Shown here in pieces: positions 41,085 to 49,824 of a stretch of 53,631 nt of DNA (positions are counted from its first letter, which is position 1; every line of letters starts with the position of its first letter). Origin of the DNA: Phyllobacteriaceae bacterium UBA1059 (GTDB lineage Bacteria > Pseudomonadota > Alphaproteobacteria > Rhizobiales > Rhizobiaceae); NCBI GenBank assembly GCA_002316345.1, contig DCDI01000115.1:1-53631 (forward strand). Reading direction: 5' to 3'. The notes under the pieces are model-generated. The model had not been told where the DNA came from. It did no database searches and worked only from the letters and a program-made list of their open reading frames with translations. Position numbers and translations under genes: made by a program.

Positions 41085-41528
41085 ATGCAGCAGCCGAAAT
41101 GCAAACGGATCATCGACGGCAAGACCTATAATACGGAGACCGCCACCATGATCGGTGGCTACTGGAACGAAGAGAACCCTCCGGTCACCTACGGAAATTT
41201 CCTCTATCAGACCCGGTTTGGCGCATTTTTTCACTACGAGGAATCCGAAGGCTTCGCACCTGAGGATGACTATCAGAAAGTCACTCCCCTTTCCCCGGAT
41301 GAGGCTCGCGCATGGCTCGAGAAGTATCAGAGCTACGATCCGGACCGTATTGAGCGTCTCTTTGGTGAGATGCCAGAGGCTGGCTCCGGTGAGGTGAAAT
41401 TCACCCTCCGGATGCCTGATAGCCTGCGGGCGCGACTGGCCGCCAAGGCAGAGGCGAATAAGCAGTCGCTCAACGCATGGATGGTGCGTTGCCTGGAACT
41501 CTGCGCAGGCGATGGAGACCGGACGTGA
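41085..41528 (+). CDS. Protein with C-terminal Arc/HicB-like ribbon-helix-helix domain
   Basis: KFTLRMPDSLRARLAAKAEANKQSLNAWMV; N-terminal KRIIDGKTYNTETA domain; GGAGG RBS before ATG 41085. Confidence 0.8.
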   Translation: MQQPKCKRIIDGKTYNTETATMIGGYWNEENPPVTYGNFLYQTRFGAFFHYEESEGFAPEDDYQKVTPLSPDEARAWLEKYQSYDPDRIERLFGEMPEAGSGEVKFTLRMPDSLRARLAAKAEANKQSLNAWMVRCLELCAGDGDRT

Positions 41529-41662
41529 GCAAGATCGAAATCGACGCGTCGCTCAAGACGCTGCGCGTTACGGCCGATGGCGCCATCGCGGTGGTGCTTG
41601 GCGTCGCGGTCGCCGCTGTCATCATCGCTTGCGCCGTGAGATTTTTGACGGACTGGCTGTAG
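41525..41662 (+). CDS. Small single-TM protein, 45 aa
   Basis: GTGA overlap with the RHH gene; AIAVVLGVAVAAVIIACAV hydrophobic helix; GGAGA upstream. Confidence 0.55.
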   Translation: MSKIEIDASLKTLRVTADGAIAVVLGVAVAAVIIACAVRFLTDWL

Positions 41663-41671
41663 GGCCTACCG

Positions 41672-42745
41672 CTACTTCTTTGGTCGAGGCTTGCTGATTG
41701 CGCTTGCGATCTGATCGACAATGTCAGGTCCATCGGCGCGGGGAGGCTCCCCGGGCGCAAAATCAGTGCCGAACTCCACCGGGTAAATCAGGACCTCGCC
41801 AAGACCTTGTTCGATCGCTTCGCGGCGGAAACGTACCAATTCCTTGGACACACTAGGTGCCGACACGCGACTGGTGAAGCCGGCGATGAGGTCGCATACC
41901 TGAAGGGATGCGTTCTCATGGCTTTTCGCGCTGACCGTTGAAACCACGTGTATCGGGAAGCGCAGCGTCTTGTCGCCGATAGTGAAGATCTGCGGCTCAA
42001 GATCAGGGTTGGTCATCCGTTCCCACATGTCGGAACGTTTGAAAAAATGCGTGCTTTCATCGTGGATGACCTCAAAGGGTCCATCCGTCTTTTCCTGCCA
42101 GAACTTCATGCACTCGATCGCCGACGTGACATGGATCTCGTTCGAGTCTACGAATGCTGTGAGATTTCGATTAGCTGCTGCCTCTGCAGTTCCCTGGGCG
42201 ATCAAGCTTAGGAACGTTTCCGTGCCGCGGGGCGGATTGGCTAAGACCGAGCCAATCTCACTCCGGAACGCGCGGAGCAACGGGGCAGTAGGAGCTCGGG
42301 CGAATTCGTTGTAGCTCGACAATACCCGGTCCGCATCTTCGCGCGGTAAAAGTTGCTCGAACACGTACCCGACCGAGTTCGCGAAACGGATGGCATAGCC
42401 GTCCTTATAGAAGTCATACCCTGCGTCGCGCAGCATCGGCTCCACGAGCTGATCGACGATCTTCGATACGACAACGTACCGCTTGCTGATCTTTGCGGCG
42501 CAAAAACTGTCGGGTCTGGCACCGACCTCTTTGGCGAAAGTCAGAAAGTTCCGTCGTCCGGTCGGACGTCTGAACACGTTCGCTGATTTCAGTTCGGGCC
42601 CCTGTTGCCCGGGAAACGATCTGGCGATTATGTCGGCCGACTCCCGTTCGGATAGGTCCGTGCTGGCCAAGGCGAAGAACGGCTGGATTGGATCGAACAA
42701 GTTCGTGCCCGTCTGACCGCTCTCGTCGAAATAGACCTTCTGCAT
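41672..42745 (-). CDS. DUF3800-like (RNase H-like fold) protein
   Basis: N-terminal VYFDESG, ELKS and C-terminal LQVCDLIAG, typical of DUF3800; TGATG coupling to the upstream ATPase. Confidence 0.8.
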   Translation of the reverse strand: MQKVYFDESGQTGTNLFDPIQPFFALASTDLSERESADIIARSFPGQQGPELKSANVFRRPTGRRNFLTFAKEVGARPDSFCAAKISKRYVVVSKIVDQLVEPMLRDAGYDFYKDGYAIRFANSVGYVFEQLLPREDADRVLSSYNEFARAPTAPLLRAFRSEIGSVLANPPRGTETFLSLIAQGTAEAAANRNLTAFVDSNEIHVTSAIECMKFWQEKTDGPFEVIHDESTHFFKRSDMWERMTNPDLEPQIFTIGDKTLRFPIHVVSTVSAKSHENASLQVCDLIAGFTSRVSAPSVSKELVRFRREAIEQGLGEVLIYPVEFGTDFAPGEPPRADGPDIVDQIASAISKPRPKK

Positions 42746-44553
42746 CAGAACTCAGCCATCCGGAAAAGTCGGCCGTCGTCACCTTCATCGTGAAGCCGGA
42801 GGACTACCTCATCGTCGCCGAAGGGGATCGGCTTTCCCCTCGCGTCGCGAGGCATGTCCGCCTCGATGAGGGTCAGGATGTACTGGGTCTTGCCCGACGC
42901 GATCTGCTCGCGCACGATTTTCAGCAGCGCCTCCTTCTTGCGGTTGTCGAGTGCCTCAAGCACACCGTCATGGAAGGTGAAATGGTAGAACGCCGCGTCC
43001 TCGTAAACCTTCAGCAGCGCTAGGTCGAACAGGGCACAAATGAGCTTTTTGTAACTCGTACCATCACCCTGGCTCGACGTCTTTCCGATCTGCCCCTTCT
43101 CCTCGAGACCGATCTCATAGTCGAGGTTGTTGCTCGAGTTCAGGCGGAAATAGAACACCCCATTGTGGTCGAGCACCTGCTGGCAATAGCGGTTGAAGAT
43201 CGCCCGGAACTTCTCGGCCACGGCCGTCTGCTTGGCGACCATCACCTTCATTTCATCGACGATACGGCCGCGGTCACGTTCCAGCTCGCGTACCGAACGC
43301 GCCATTTCCGCGACGGCCCCGAGCTTTCTCTCCTGCTCCTCACGATACACCAGGTGCGCGCGCTGATCGACGAGCTGCTTCTGCAGGTGCTTATATTTGG
43401 AAAAGGTGTTGGTGTTCTTCAGCACGGCCATGCTGGCCTGGCGCTGGCCGTCGAGCTCGCGATTGCGGTTCTGCAGCACCTCGCGCTTTGCCTCGAGCTC
43501 ACGTCGGCGCGAACGCAATGCGACATCACGCTCGTGGGTGACCTTCTTATTGAAGGCGACCAGCTCCTCGTACTTGCGTTTGAGGCTCTGCGCGAAATGG
43601 AGTTGGGTCTCGCGAAAGACCTCTTCGATCTCGGCGAGGTCGAACTTGTCTTTTTGCTCGAGCGCTACGTCGATCTGACGGATATCGTAGCGTATGTCGT
43701 AAAGCGTGCTATTTATCTGCGCGATCTCGCCTTCGATCTCATCGACCAGTTGCGTCATGATCCGACGCTCTTCAGCGTCAAAGTGGAAGCCATCGAGCTG
43801 GGCAGAGAGCTCTTCGATCTCCTGCCTTAGCCGTGCGATATCCGTGATTAGCGCAGGGAGGTCGTCCTCCTTGAACTGCACCTCGGTCTGCTGTTCTTCA
43901 AGACGCTGCTTCGCGGTCTGGATCTCGTCATCGAGTTGGTATTTCCGGTCGATGAGTTGGCCCTTGAAGCCGAACAGATGGGCGACGAACGGTTTCCAGT
44001 GGGCATCCTTTCCCTGGGAGAACTTTCTAAGCTGAAGCTCATCGCTCCAGTCGTCCTGCGAGCGAAGGAAGTAGGTTATGGCCTTCCGGTAATCGTACGG
44101 TTTGAGCACGCGCAGGTCGAGCCATCCATCGAGAAGCGTCTTCGCCGCATCGATGGGCATCGCCACATGATCCCACAAGTCGTCGGCCGCGTCGCAATAG
44201 TTCTGTCGGCCCTCGGCGTGACGCTTCAGACCGATCTCATTCGGGTTGGCCGGGCTGCGGCGGATGGTGGCGAAATCGCCGCTATTGAGACTTATCTCCA
44301 AGAAGAATACGAACCGCTCGAAACGGTGCTTGTGCTTCACCAGGAAGAACTCCGGCGATATGCCGCGCAGCATCATGAAATCGATCAGATGCAGGAGCGT
44401 CGTCTTACCGAGGTTATGGGAGTCGCGCTTTTTGTCGGCCGGCTTGCGCACCTCCCCCAGCACGACGTTGAGGCGCGCGGCATCCGCGCCTAAATTAAAG
44501 TCGATCGGCTCGAAGATCGTGGGGAGGTTTGAATATATCCGACTGATCTGCAT
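42745..44553 (-). CDS. lmuB: DUF2326-type short SMC-like ABC ATPase (Lamassu LmuB)
   Basis: Walker A DSHNLGKTT, central coiled coil, signature-like SSQGDGTSYKK, Walker B FHDGVLEALD. Confidence 0.85.
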   Translation of the reverse strand: MQISRIYSNLPTIFEPIDFNLGADAARLNVVLGEVRKPADKKRDSHNLGKTTLLHLIDFMMLRGISPEFFLVKHKHRFERFVFFLEISLNSGDFATIRRSPANPNEIGLKRHAEGRQNYCDAADDLWDHVAMPIDAAKTLLDGWLDLRVLKPYDYRKAITYFLRSQDDWSDELQLRKFSQGKDAHWKPFVAHLFGFKGQLIDRKYQLDDEIQTAKQRLEEQQTEVQFKEDDLPALITDIARLRQEIEELSAQLDGFHFDAEERRIMTQLVDEIEGEIAQINSTLYDIRYDIRQIDVALEQKDKFDLAEIEEVFRETQLHFAQSLKRKYEELVAFNKKVTHERDVALRSRRRELEAKREVLQNRNRELDGQRQASMAVLKNTNTFSKYKHLQKQLVDQRAHLVYREEQERKLGAVAEMARSVRELERDRGRIVDEMKVMVAKQTAVAEKFRAIFNRYCQQVLDHNGVFYFRLNSSNNLDYEIGLEEKGQIGKTSSQGDGTSYKKLICALFDLALLKVYEDAAFYHFTFHDGVLEALDNRKKEALLKIVREQIASGKTQYILTLIEADMPRDARGKPIPFGDDEVVLRLHDEGDDGRLFRMAEF

Positions 44554-44792
44554 TAGTCGGTCCGATATTCCAGCGTGTCGTTCTGTACGTGGTATTCGAC
44601 CTTGCCGAGCAGGTAGAGGAAGTTCAGCGCCGGCAGGAACATAAGCTCCCCGTTGCTGCCTACCCGGCGGATAACGCGCTGCTTCAGCGTCATCATTTCG
44701 ATGACGCCACGCTTGTGAAGCTCCTTTAGCATGATCGCAGCGACGCGCAGGAGCGACGTATTAAGATCGAGGTGTTTTCTAGGTGTCAGCAT
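44553..44792 (-). CDS. lmuC: Small ABC-3C middle component (LmuC-like), 79 aa
   Basis: MLTPRKH...FLPALNFLYLLGKVEY; TAATG coupling to lmuB. Confidence 0.8.
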   Translation of the reverse strand: MLTPRKHLDLNTSLLRVAAIMLKELHKRGVIEMMTLKQRVIRRVGSNGELMFLPALNFLYLLGKVEYHVQNDTLEYRTD

Positions 44793-45747
44793 GTTCCGCC
44801 TCCACCAGAGCAGTGAGGTCCTTCGAGCCGATGTCGCAATGGCAGTACATGTAGTGCAGAAGGATGCTCACCAGCCTTCGCTTCTGGCGCAGGGCGGGAC
44901 GCTGCTTCTGGATGTGGCCATAGAGGAAATTGAACACGTGATCGAAGTTGGGGAACTTTGCACGGTGCAGAAGGATACTTTCCTTCATCTCTGCGGCTGA
45001 GTCGGCATAGATTTCGGCGAACTCACGATTTCTCGGGTTCGAGAGGAAGGCTTTGATTTTATCGAAATAGGGCATCGATCGCGCGACGATCACCTGTCTG
45101 TAATAGTCTTCGGTGAGGCCGTTGATGAGGTTCTTATCCTTCAGCTTCACAGACTCGAAGTCGAAAGCGCTGGTGTAGGCGGACTCATCCTCATCCTTGG
45201 TATAGTCGCGGAAGGCGTGGATCACTTCGATGAATTCGTCGGACTCGAACACGAACGGAGCCGTGTCCTTCGCGTTCGGCAGATGCTTCTGTAGGTCGGC
45301 GTGGCTTACGAGGAGGGAGTGTATATACTCGACGCCGAGGACATGGCCCGATTTGACACCGCATGCTTCGAGGCCAGTAATCAGCTTAATATCGGTCCCG
45401 GCCGTATATTTGCGGTTCGTGAAGACCATGTAATGGTCGCAAATGCCGTCCTTCACCCGAGCCTTTAGTTTCGGATGCTCATCCTTCATGAGCTTGAGGA
45501 AATCGCGGTCCGAACACGAGCGGTCAGGGGCATTGATGTGCTTCGCTTGAAGCACGACATGGCCCACCAGTGGGGAGGTCGTGCTCGGAAACCGCTCCGC
45601 CGTTCCATGGAATTTTCCGTCCCGGCCACCATCCTTGCCAGCCGCAAAGGGGGTGACGCCAAGCCCGAGAAGGTGCTTGGCGATCTGGACCACCAGCGCC
45701 TCGAACTCATCGTCGCTGAGTTCGTAGAGGAAAAAATCCCGCTTCAC
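44779..45747 (-). CDS. lmuA: Lamassu effector: Mrr-like restriction-endonuclease domain plus ABC-3C C-terminal domain
   Basis: LSDDEFEALV...GKDGGRDG...VLQAKH (D...QxK); C-terminal LHYMYCHCDIG; GGAG RBS before GTG 45747. Confidence 0.8.
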   Translation of the reverse strand: MKRDFFLYELSDDEFEALVVQIAKHLLGLGVTPFAAGKDGGRDGKFHGTAERFPSTTSPLVGHVVLQAKHINAPDRSCSDRDFLKLMKDEHPKLKARVKDGICDHYMVFTNRKYTAGTDIKLITGLEACGVKSGHVLGVEYIHSLLVSHADLQKHLPNAKDTAPFVFESDEFIEVIHAFRDYTKDEDESAYTSAFDFESVKLKDKNLINGLTEDYYRQVIVARSMPYFDKIKAFLSNPRNREFAEIYADSAAEMKESILLHRAKFPNFDHVFNFLYGHIQKQRPALRQKRRLVSILLHYMYCHCDIGSKDLTALVEAEHADT

Positions 45748-45760
45748 CAAATGCTCCGTG

Positions 45761-46129
45761 TCACGATGTAGCGAGCGGAGAGGACTTACCGCACTGCGCG
45801 GCTTTCTCGCCCGCTGACAGCTCAGCAAAATTCTTGATCGTCACGAACACATTGGGGAAGCGAGCCGTGATCTCAAGCTTTCCGCCCAGTGCCTCGACGT
45901 AGCGGCGCAGATTGCTGATATACATGTCCGCTCGCAGCTCCATCTTTGCAAGGGCCGGCTGTCCGACATGCAGGTCGCTTGCCAGCTCCACCTGGGACTT
46001 CGCCCGCGCCCGGCGCAGCTCGTGGAGCGCCATCTTCTGTAGCAGTGTCCGGGTCGCAAGCGCGCTACACGGGCGACGCTCGGCCGACGTGCGCTGGCGG
46101 AGCTCATTAAATGAACGATGTCCTATCAT
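45761..46129 (-). CDS. XRE/HigA-like antitoxin
   Basis: LHELRRARAKSQVELASDLHVGQPALAKME...DMYISNLRRYVEALGGKLEI. Confidence 0.8.
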   Translation of the reverse strand: MIGHRSFNELRQRTSAERRPCSALATRTLLQKMALHELRRARAKSQVELASDLHVGQPALAKMELRADMYISNLRRYVEALGGKLEITARFPNVFVTIKNFAELSAGEKAAQCGKSSPLATS

Positions 46130-46484
46130 ATCCCCTTCCCCTCGGATCTCGACCAGGTACTCGTCATAAAGACGGTCCGCGATCGGGATCACGGTCTCAT
46201 AGAACCGGTCGTCACCCACCTTGTTTCCGCCGACCAGCAAGATGGCTGTTCGGCGCGGATCGAACGCGTAGAAGATGCGCCAACTCTCCCTGCGCTTTGC
46301 ACTCTGAGCTCAGCCGCATGCGTGGGCGGAGAGCCTCCGAGGCCGGATGATTATCGATGCGGCAGCTGGGCTCCGTTCCCCTTAAGCAGCCGGAGGACGC
46401 GATCGATGTGATCCAACACGGTTTCAATAAGGTCGATTCCCATCGACCCAAGTCGCTCGTGACCACCACATTCCAAACGTGCAC
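46130..46484 (-). pseudogene. RelE/HigB (Gp49-like) toxin remnant
   Basis: Fragments in three frames: WNVVVTSDLGRW / LDHIDRVLRLLKGNGAQLPHR*SSG...ELRVQ / WRIFYAFDPRRTAILLVGGNK...IADRLYDEYL; the last reads without a stop into the antitoxin. Confidence 0.75.
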
Positions 46485-46498
46485 GTCCAGAAGATATT

Positions 46499-46828
46499 TC
46501 ACTGGCGGAGTATCGCCAAGGATATTGCGCACACGACAAAACTGCAAAAAGAACTTGCTGCTAAATATCGGGTCCAGCGATGGGCTTGCAAAAGCGAATT
46601 TACATTTGTCGGCCTCGTAACGGCCGCCAGAATGATGTCGTCCACGGTTTGCACCATCAGCCACACCTGAGCGGGGTTGTTGCCGGATCGCTTCTTCGCA
46701 GCGGAGTGGCGAAAGCGGTCGTTCACCGCGTGCCACTGGCTGATCGAAACCTTCGGAACCTCTGCATCAACACAGCCGATCGTCGTCGTGCTCGCAGTTG
46801 CGCCGCCCACTTTCTTCGACTTTGCCAT
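46499..46828 (-). CDS. Hypothetical protein
   Basis: Co-oriented ORF 30 nt downstream of the nuclease gene, ATG start; no recognisable motif. Confidence 0.3.
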   Translation of the reverse strand: MAKSKKVGGATASTTTIGCVDAEVPKVSISQWHAVNDRFRHSAAKKRSGNNPAQVWLMVQTVDDIILAAVTRPTNVNSLLQAHRWTRYLAASSFCSFVVCAISLAILRQ

Positions 46829-46858
46829 CTAGTGATTCTGCCTCAGACCACAACGGCT

Positions 46859-47392
46859 CTAACCGATCGCCCCTCGCACCGCGAGATCGCAGAGCTTTTC
46901 CTTGAGGAGATGTGCTAGCTCACTTGTGTCCCCGAGCGCGACTATCTCTTCAACGGTGATGACGACGAGGCGTCTTCGCTCGCGTAGGGCGGCTGCGACG
47001 ACGGCATGGGCGGCGGTCAGATCGTTAGGATCGCCTGTGATGCCTCGGGTCGACACCAGAATCCCTATGTCGAGCCCGCGATTTCTGAGCTTGCTGTCGA
47101 ACCAATTGACTTCGCCGCTCCCAACACTGTTCGACCAATTTTTGCATTCAACCAAGATGATGTTGGGAAGGAAGTTGAACCCTTCAGGACTTGGATCATT
47201 CCAAAGCGCAACGTCGATCTCTTCGGTATGAAACACGTTCATAACATTGCGCCTGGTGATGGCGATGCCGGGTACAAGAGCGAAGAGGTAGCAGATGAGG
47301 TCCTCGAGAGCTCGGCCTTGGCCGGTCGTGGTTTGCGCCGCGGCGCTCGCGTCCATGTAGCCTTGGACGACGGCCTGATCTATTGCCGCCAT
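46859..47392 (-). CDS. Stand-alone Mrr-like PD-(D/E)xK restriction endonuclease, 177 aa
   Basis: GRALEDLI, EEIDVAL, LVECKNW, GILVSTRGITG. Confidence 0.82.
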   Translation of the reverse strand: MAAIDQAVVQGYMDASAAAQTTTGQGRALEDLICYLFALVPGIAITRRNVMNVFHTEEIDVALWNDPSPEGFNFLPNIILVECKNWSNSVGSGEVNWFDSKLRNRGLDIGILVSTRGITGDPNDLTAAHAVVAAALRERRRLVVITVEEIVALGDTSELAHLLKEKLCDLAVRGAIG

Positions 47393-48288
47393 CAGTGCTC
47401 AAGCCCGTGAACACGATGGTTGCGCAGGCTTCGCACAATCTCTGGAAATGTCACGTACTCTAGCTGGGCGAATAGATGATCGATCTTGAGTGCGAGGACA
47501 GCGGGATTGCTCCGCCAAACCCGATCATCTTGCGAAGGCCCCTCACCGTAGAGCAGCATCGACCAGCGCGAGCCAATCGTGTGTGCGGCTTTCTCAGTCT
47601 GACCTAATGCGCGCTTGACGTCCTCCCGCGACCGGAGGCGCGCTTTGATCTCGATCGGGAATGGGTTATCGACATAGGACTGCAAGCCGTCAGACCAGAC
47701 GACGAGATCGATCCCGCGGCCGGGCGAAGGGGCTTCCGCGACAACCTCGGCACTCGATTCGCGCAATACAGTTGCGACTAGCCTTTCCAGCTCACGAAAT
47801 TGGCCATCGTGCATCAACTGCGAAAGACGATTGCGATAGAACCTCGTTTCGATCGTTCTTGCCAACGGAGCCGGCCTGCTAGACTGGTCAAGTCGGATTG
47901 GACCCAACGGGCTGGCGAGTATCTGATCGAGCGCAAAGTCTATCGCTTCGCGATTTTGAAGGCTTGTGCGAACGATTTGAAAGCCTTGTAGGCTGGCGGG
48001 GAGCACACCTCCCTTTGCGGGCGCGAAGATCAGAAGTGGCTTGCCGTATCCTACCGCTAATCCGAGTTCAAAGATCGTATTTGAGATATCGCTGTGGGTT
48101 AAGACGCCGATGAGGAGGTCAGCTTGTGCGATGCTCGCAGCAATAGAGGCCTGCCAGGAAGTTCCCGCTGAAGACTCGCTTAGTCCTAGGACCTTCACTC
48201 TGCGTTGAATAAGGGCTTCAGCGATGGGTCGCACGTCAGCCGTGGCCGGCGCGGAAATGAAACAGGTCTTGATTCGGTCACTTGCCAA
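47392..48288 (-). CDS. TIR / nucleoside-deoxyribosyltransferase-fold domain fused to a PD-(D/E)xK nuclease domain
   Basis: CFISAP...IAQADLLIGVL...NTIFELGLAVGYGKP, then FRELERLV...GIDLVVW...IEIK. Start probably TTG 48288 (ORF track gives 48372); TGATG overlap with the next gene. Confidence 0.7.
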   Translation of the reverse strand: MASDRIKTCFISAPATADVRPIAEALIQRRVKVLGLSESSAGTSWQASIAASIAQADLLIGVLTHSDISNTIFELGLAVGYGKPLLIFAPAKGGVLPASLQGFQIVRTSLQNREAIDFALDQILASPLGPIRLDQSSRPAPLARTIETRFYRNRLSQLMHDGQFRELERLVATVLRESSAEVVAEAPSPGRGIDLVVWSDGLQSYVDNPFPIEIKARLRSREDVKRALGQTEKAAHTIGSRWSMLLYGEGPSQDDRVWRSNPAVLALKIDHLFAQLEYVTFPEIVRSLRNHRVHGLEH

Positions 48289-48654
48289 AAGTCTATTCCC
48301 TAGCGCATCCTGTCTGCATAGGTTCGAAGTTACGTTCCGGAGGCGGCGGGTGTCTACTGTCCCCACACGCACAAAAACAGCTTTAGGCAGGTCGCTCTCT
48401 CATTCAGGATTCCCGATTTGGAGTTGTGACCGACGAGGCAGACTTGGTGCTGTATCGCTATCAGAGACGGCAGCTTTCCCCCTGGCGCTGCTCGCAAGCG
48501 AACCGTCCGGATACGGCCAGAGTTTGCCCTAGGAAATCATTTCCCACTCTTGAGCCGAGTCAGGATGCTACGGCAACTGTTGGGTGGTTTGCAGTCAGTC
48601 TGCTTTTCGGCGATCATCGGCCGAAAGCGGACGACGCATACCTGCGGAGAACGA

Positions 48655-48846
48655 ATGAAGCCTACACCTCCCTATGCCGTGCATTTCATTGTTGGAAACC
48701 TCGCCATCGTCCTGGTGGCATTGCTGGTGTCTGTAACCGCTGCCTGGGCGTTCGGAGTATTTAGTTTTGGCTGGTTTGCTTCATCGATCGTCCTTGCGCT
48801 TCTGGTGCGATTGATCACAACGAAAGTAATCGGCCTGTATCGCTGA
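48655..48846 (+). CDS. Small two-TM membrane protein, 63 aa
   Basis: GGAG RBS, ATG 48655, two hydrophobic helices. Confidence 0.6.
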   Translation: MKPTPPYAVHFIVGNLAIVLVALLVSVTAAWAFGVFSFGWFASSIVLALLVRLITTKVIGLYR

Positions 48847-49188
48847 GGCGATCAGGAGTGATCGATGGTTCCTGCGCTGGTTGGGCAAGGGTTTCGGCGG
48901 AGCTGGAATGTAATAGCCTACGAGAGACGGTTCACGTCTGCGGGCGCCTGAAATTGAACGGCTGCTTCCGGGCGCAGCACAAGCCGCTACGAACGGCCGC
49001 GATGGGGTCGGTAGCGGAATGGCTGCTTTATGCTTGCTCGATCCTCAAAGCTGTCGGTCAGCTTTCGGCCAAAAGTGCAGCTGTCCTTGCGCCTGGTCTG
49101 AAGCAGTTCATCTCAGTTCGAAACAATAACTGTCTTGGTTCTCAGTTTTCAGCGTCAACTAGATCGTTGATCAGGGCAGCCTGGCTTC

Positions 49189-49824
49189 TCATGGCAATCT
49201 GTCGAGCAGTCCCGGTGAACTCTTTAGGACATGTGCCCAGATCGCGTAGCCGGCTGGATTCATATGGATGAGATCGGGCAAAAAGAGACGTGACATTGGT
49301 CGGCCGTTTTCTCCAAGCAGTCCCGTGCCCACATCGATCCAACATGTGTCAGTGCGCGAGCTACACCAATCCGCGCATAGTGTATTGAACCGGTCGACTT
49401 CATCTGAATAGAGCCAGCGTGCCGGGCTCTGTTTGGTGGATAGAATGAAAACCCGAGCTGTTGGCAACCTCTCCGATATCTGTTCGCGGAGGATCAGGAA
49501 GTTGGAGAAGGTGCTGCGTGCGGTGAGGCCGTCATTCGCGATGTCGTTCTCACCAAAATACAAGACGATCTTGGTTGGGTTAAGCGGCAGCAGCAGGCGT
49601 TCCATGTAATGGATCCCAGACAGGAAAGTGCCGCCGCCGAACCCTAGGTTGACCACGTCCAGCGACTTGAGGTCGCCTGTCAGACCCGTCCACAAGCGGA
49701 TGGATGACGAGCCATAGAACGCAATAGGCGCCCGAGGTACCCCATTGCGTTCAAGCTGCGCGAGTATGGCATAAATGTCATTTTCGTGCCGGTTGGTACC
49801 CAGTGTGGGCGGAAAATCATACAT
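49189..49824 (-). CDS. SGNH/GDSL hydrolase
   Basis: FYGSSSI, NLGFGG, GEND, DLIHMN blocks. Confidence 0.88.
   Translation of the reverse strand: MYDFPPTLGTNRHENDIYAILAQLERNGVPRAPIAFYGSSSIRLWTGLTGDLKSLDVVNLGFGGGTFLSGIHYMERLLLPLNPTKIVLYFGENDIANDGLTARSTFSNFLILREQISERLPTARVFILSTKQSPARWLYSDEVDRFNTLCADWCSSRTDTCWIDVGTGLLGENGRPMSRLFLPDLIHMNPAGYAIWAHVLKSSPGLLDRLP

Noticed and set aside
45761..46240. Apparent natural toxin-antitoxin fusion protein
   Set aside because: Only the C-terminal toxin fragment is in frame; upstream lesions show it is a by-product of decay.
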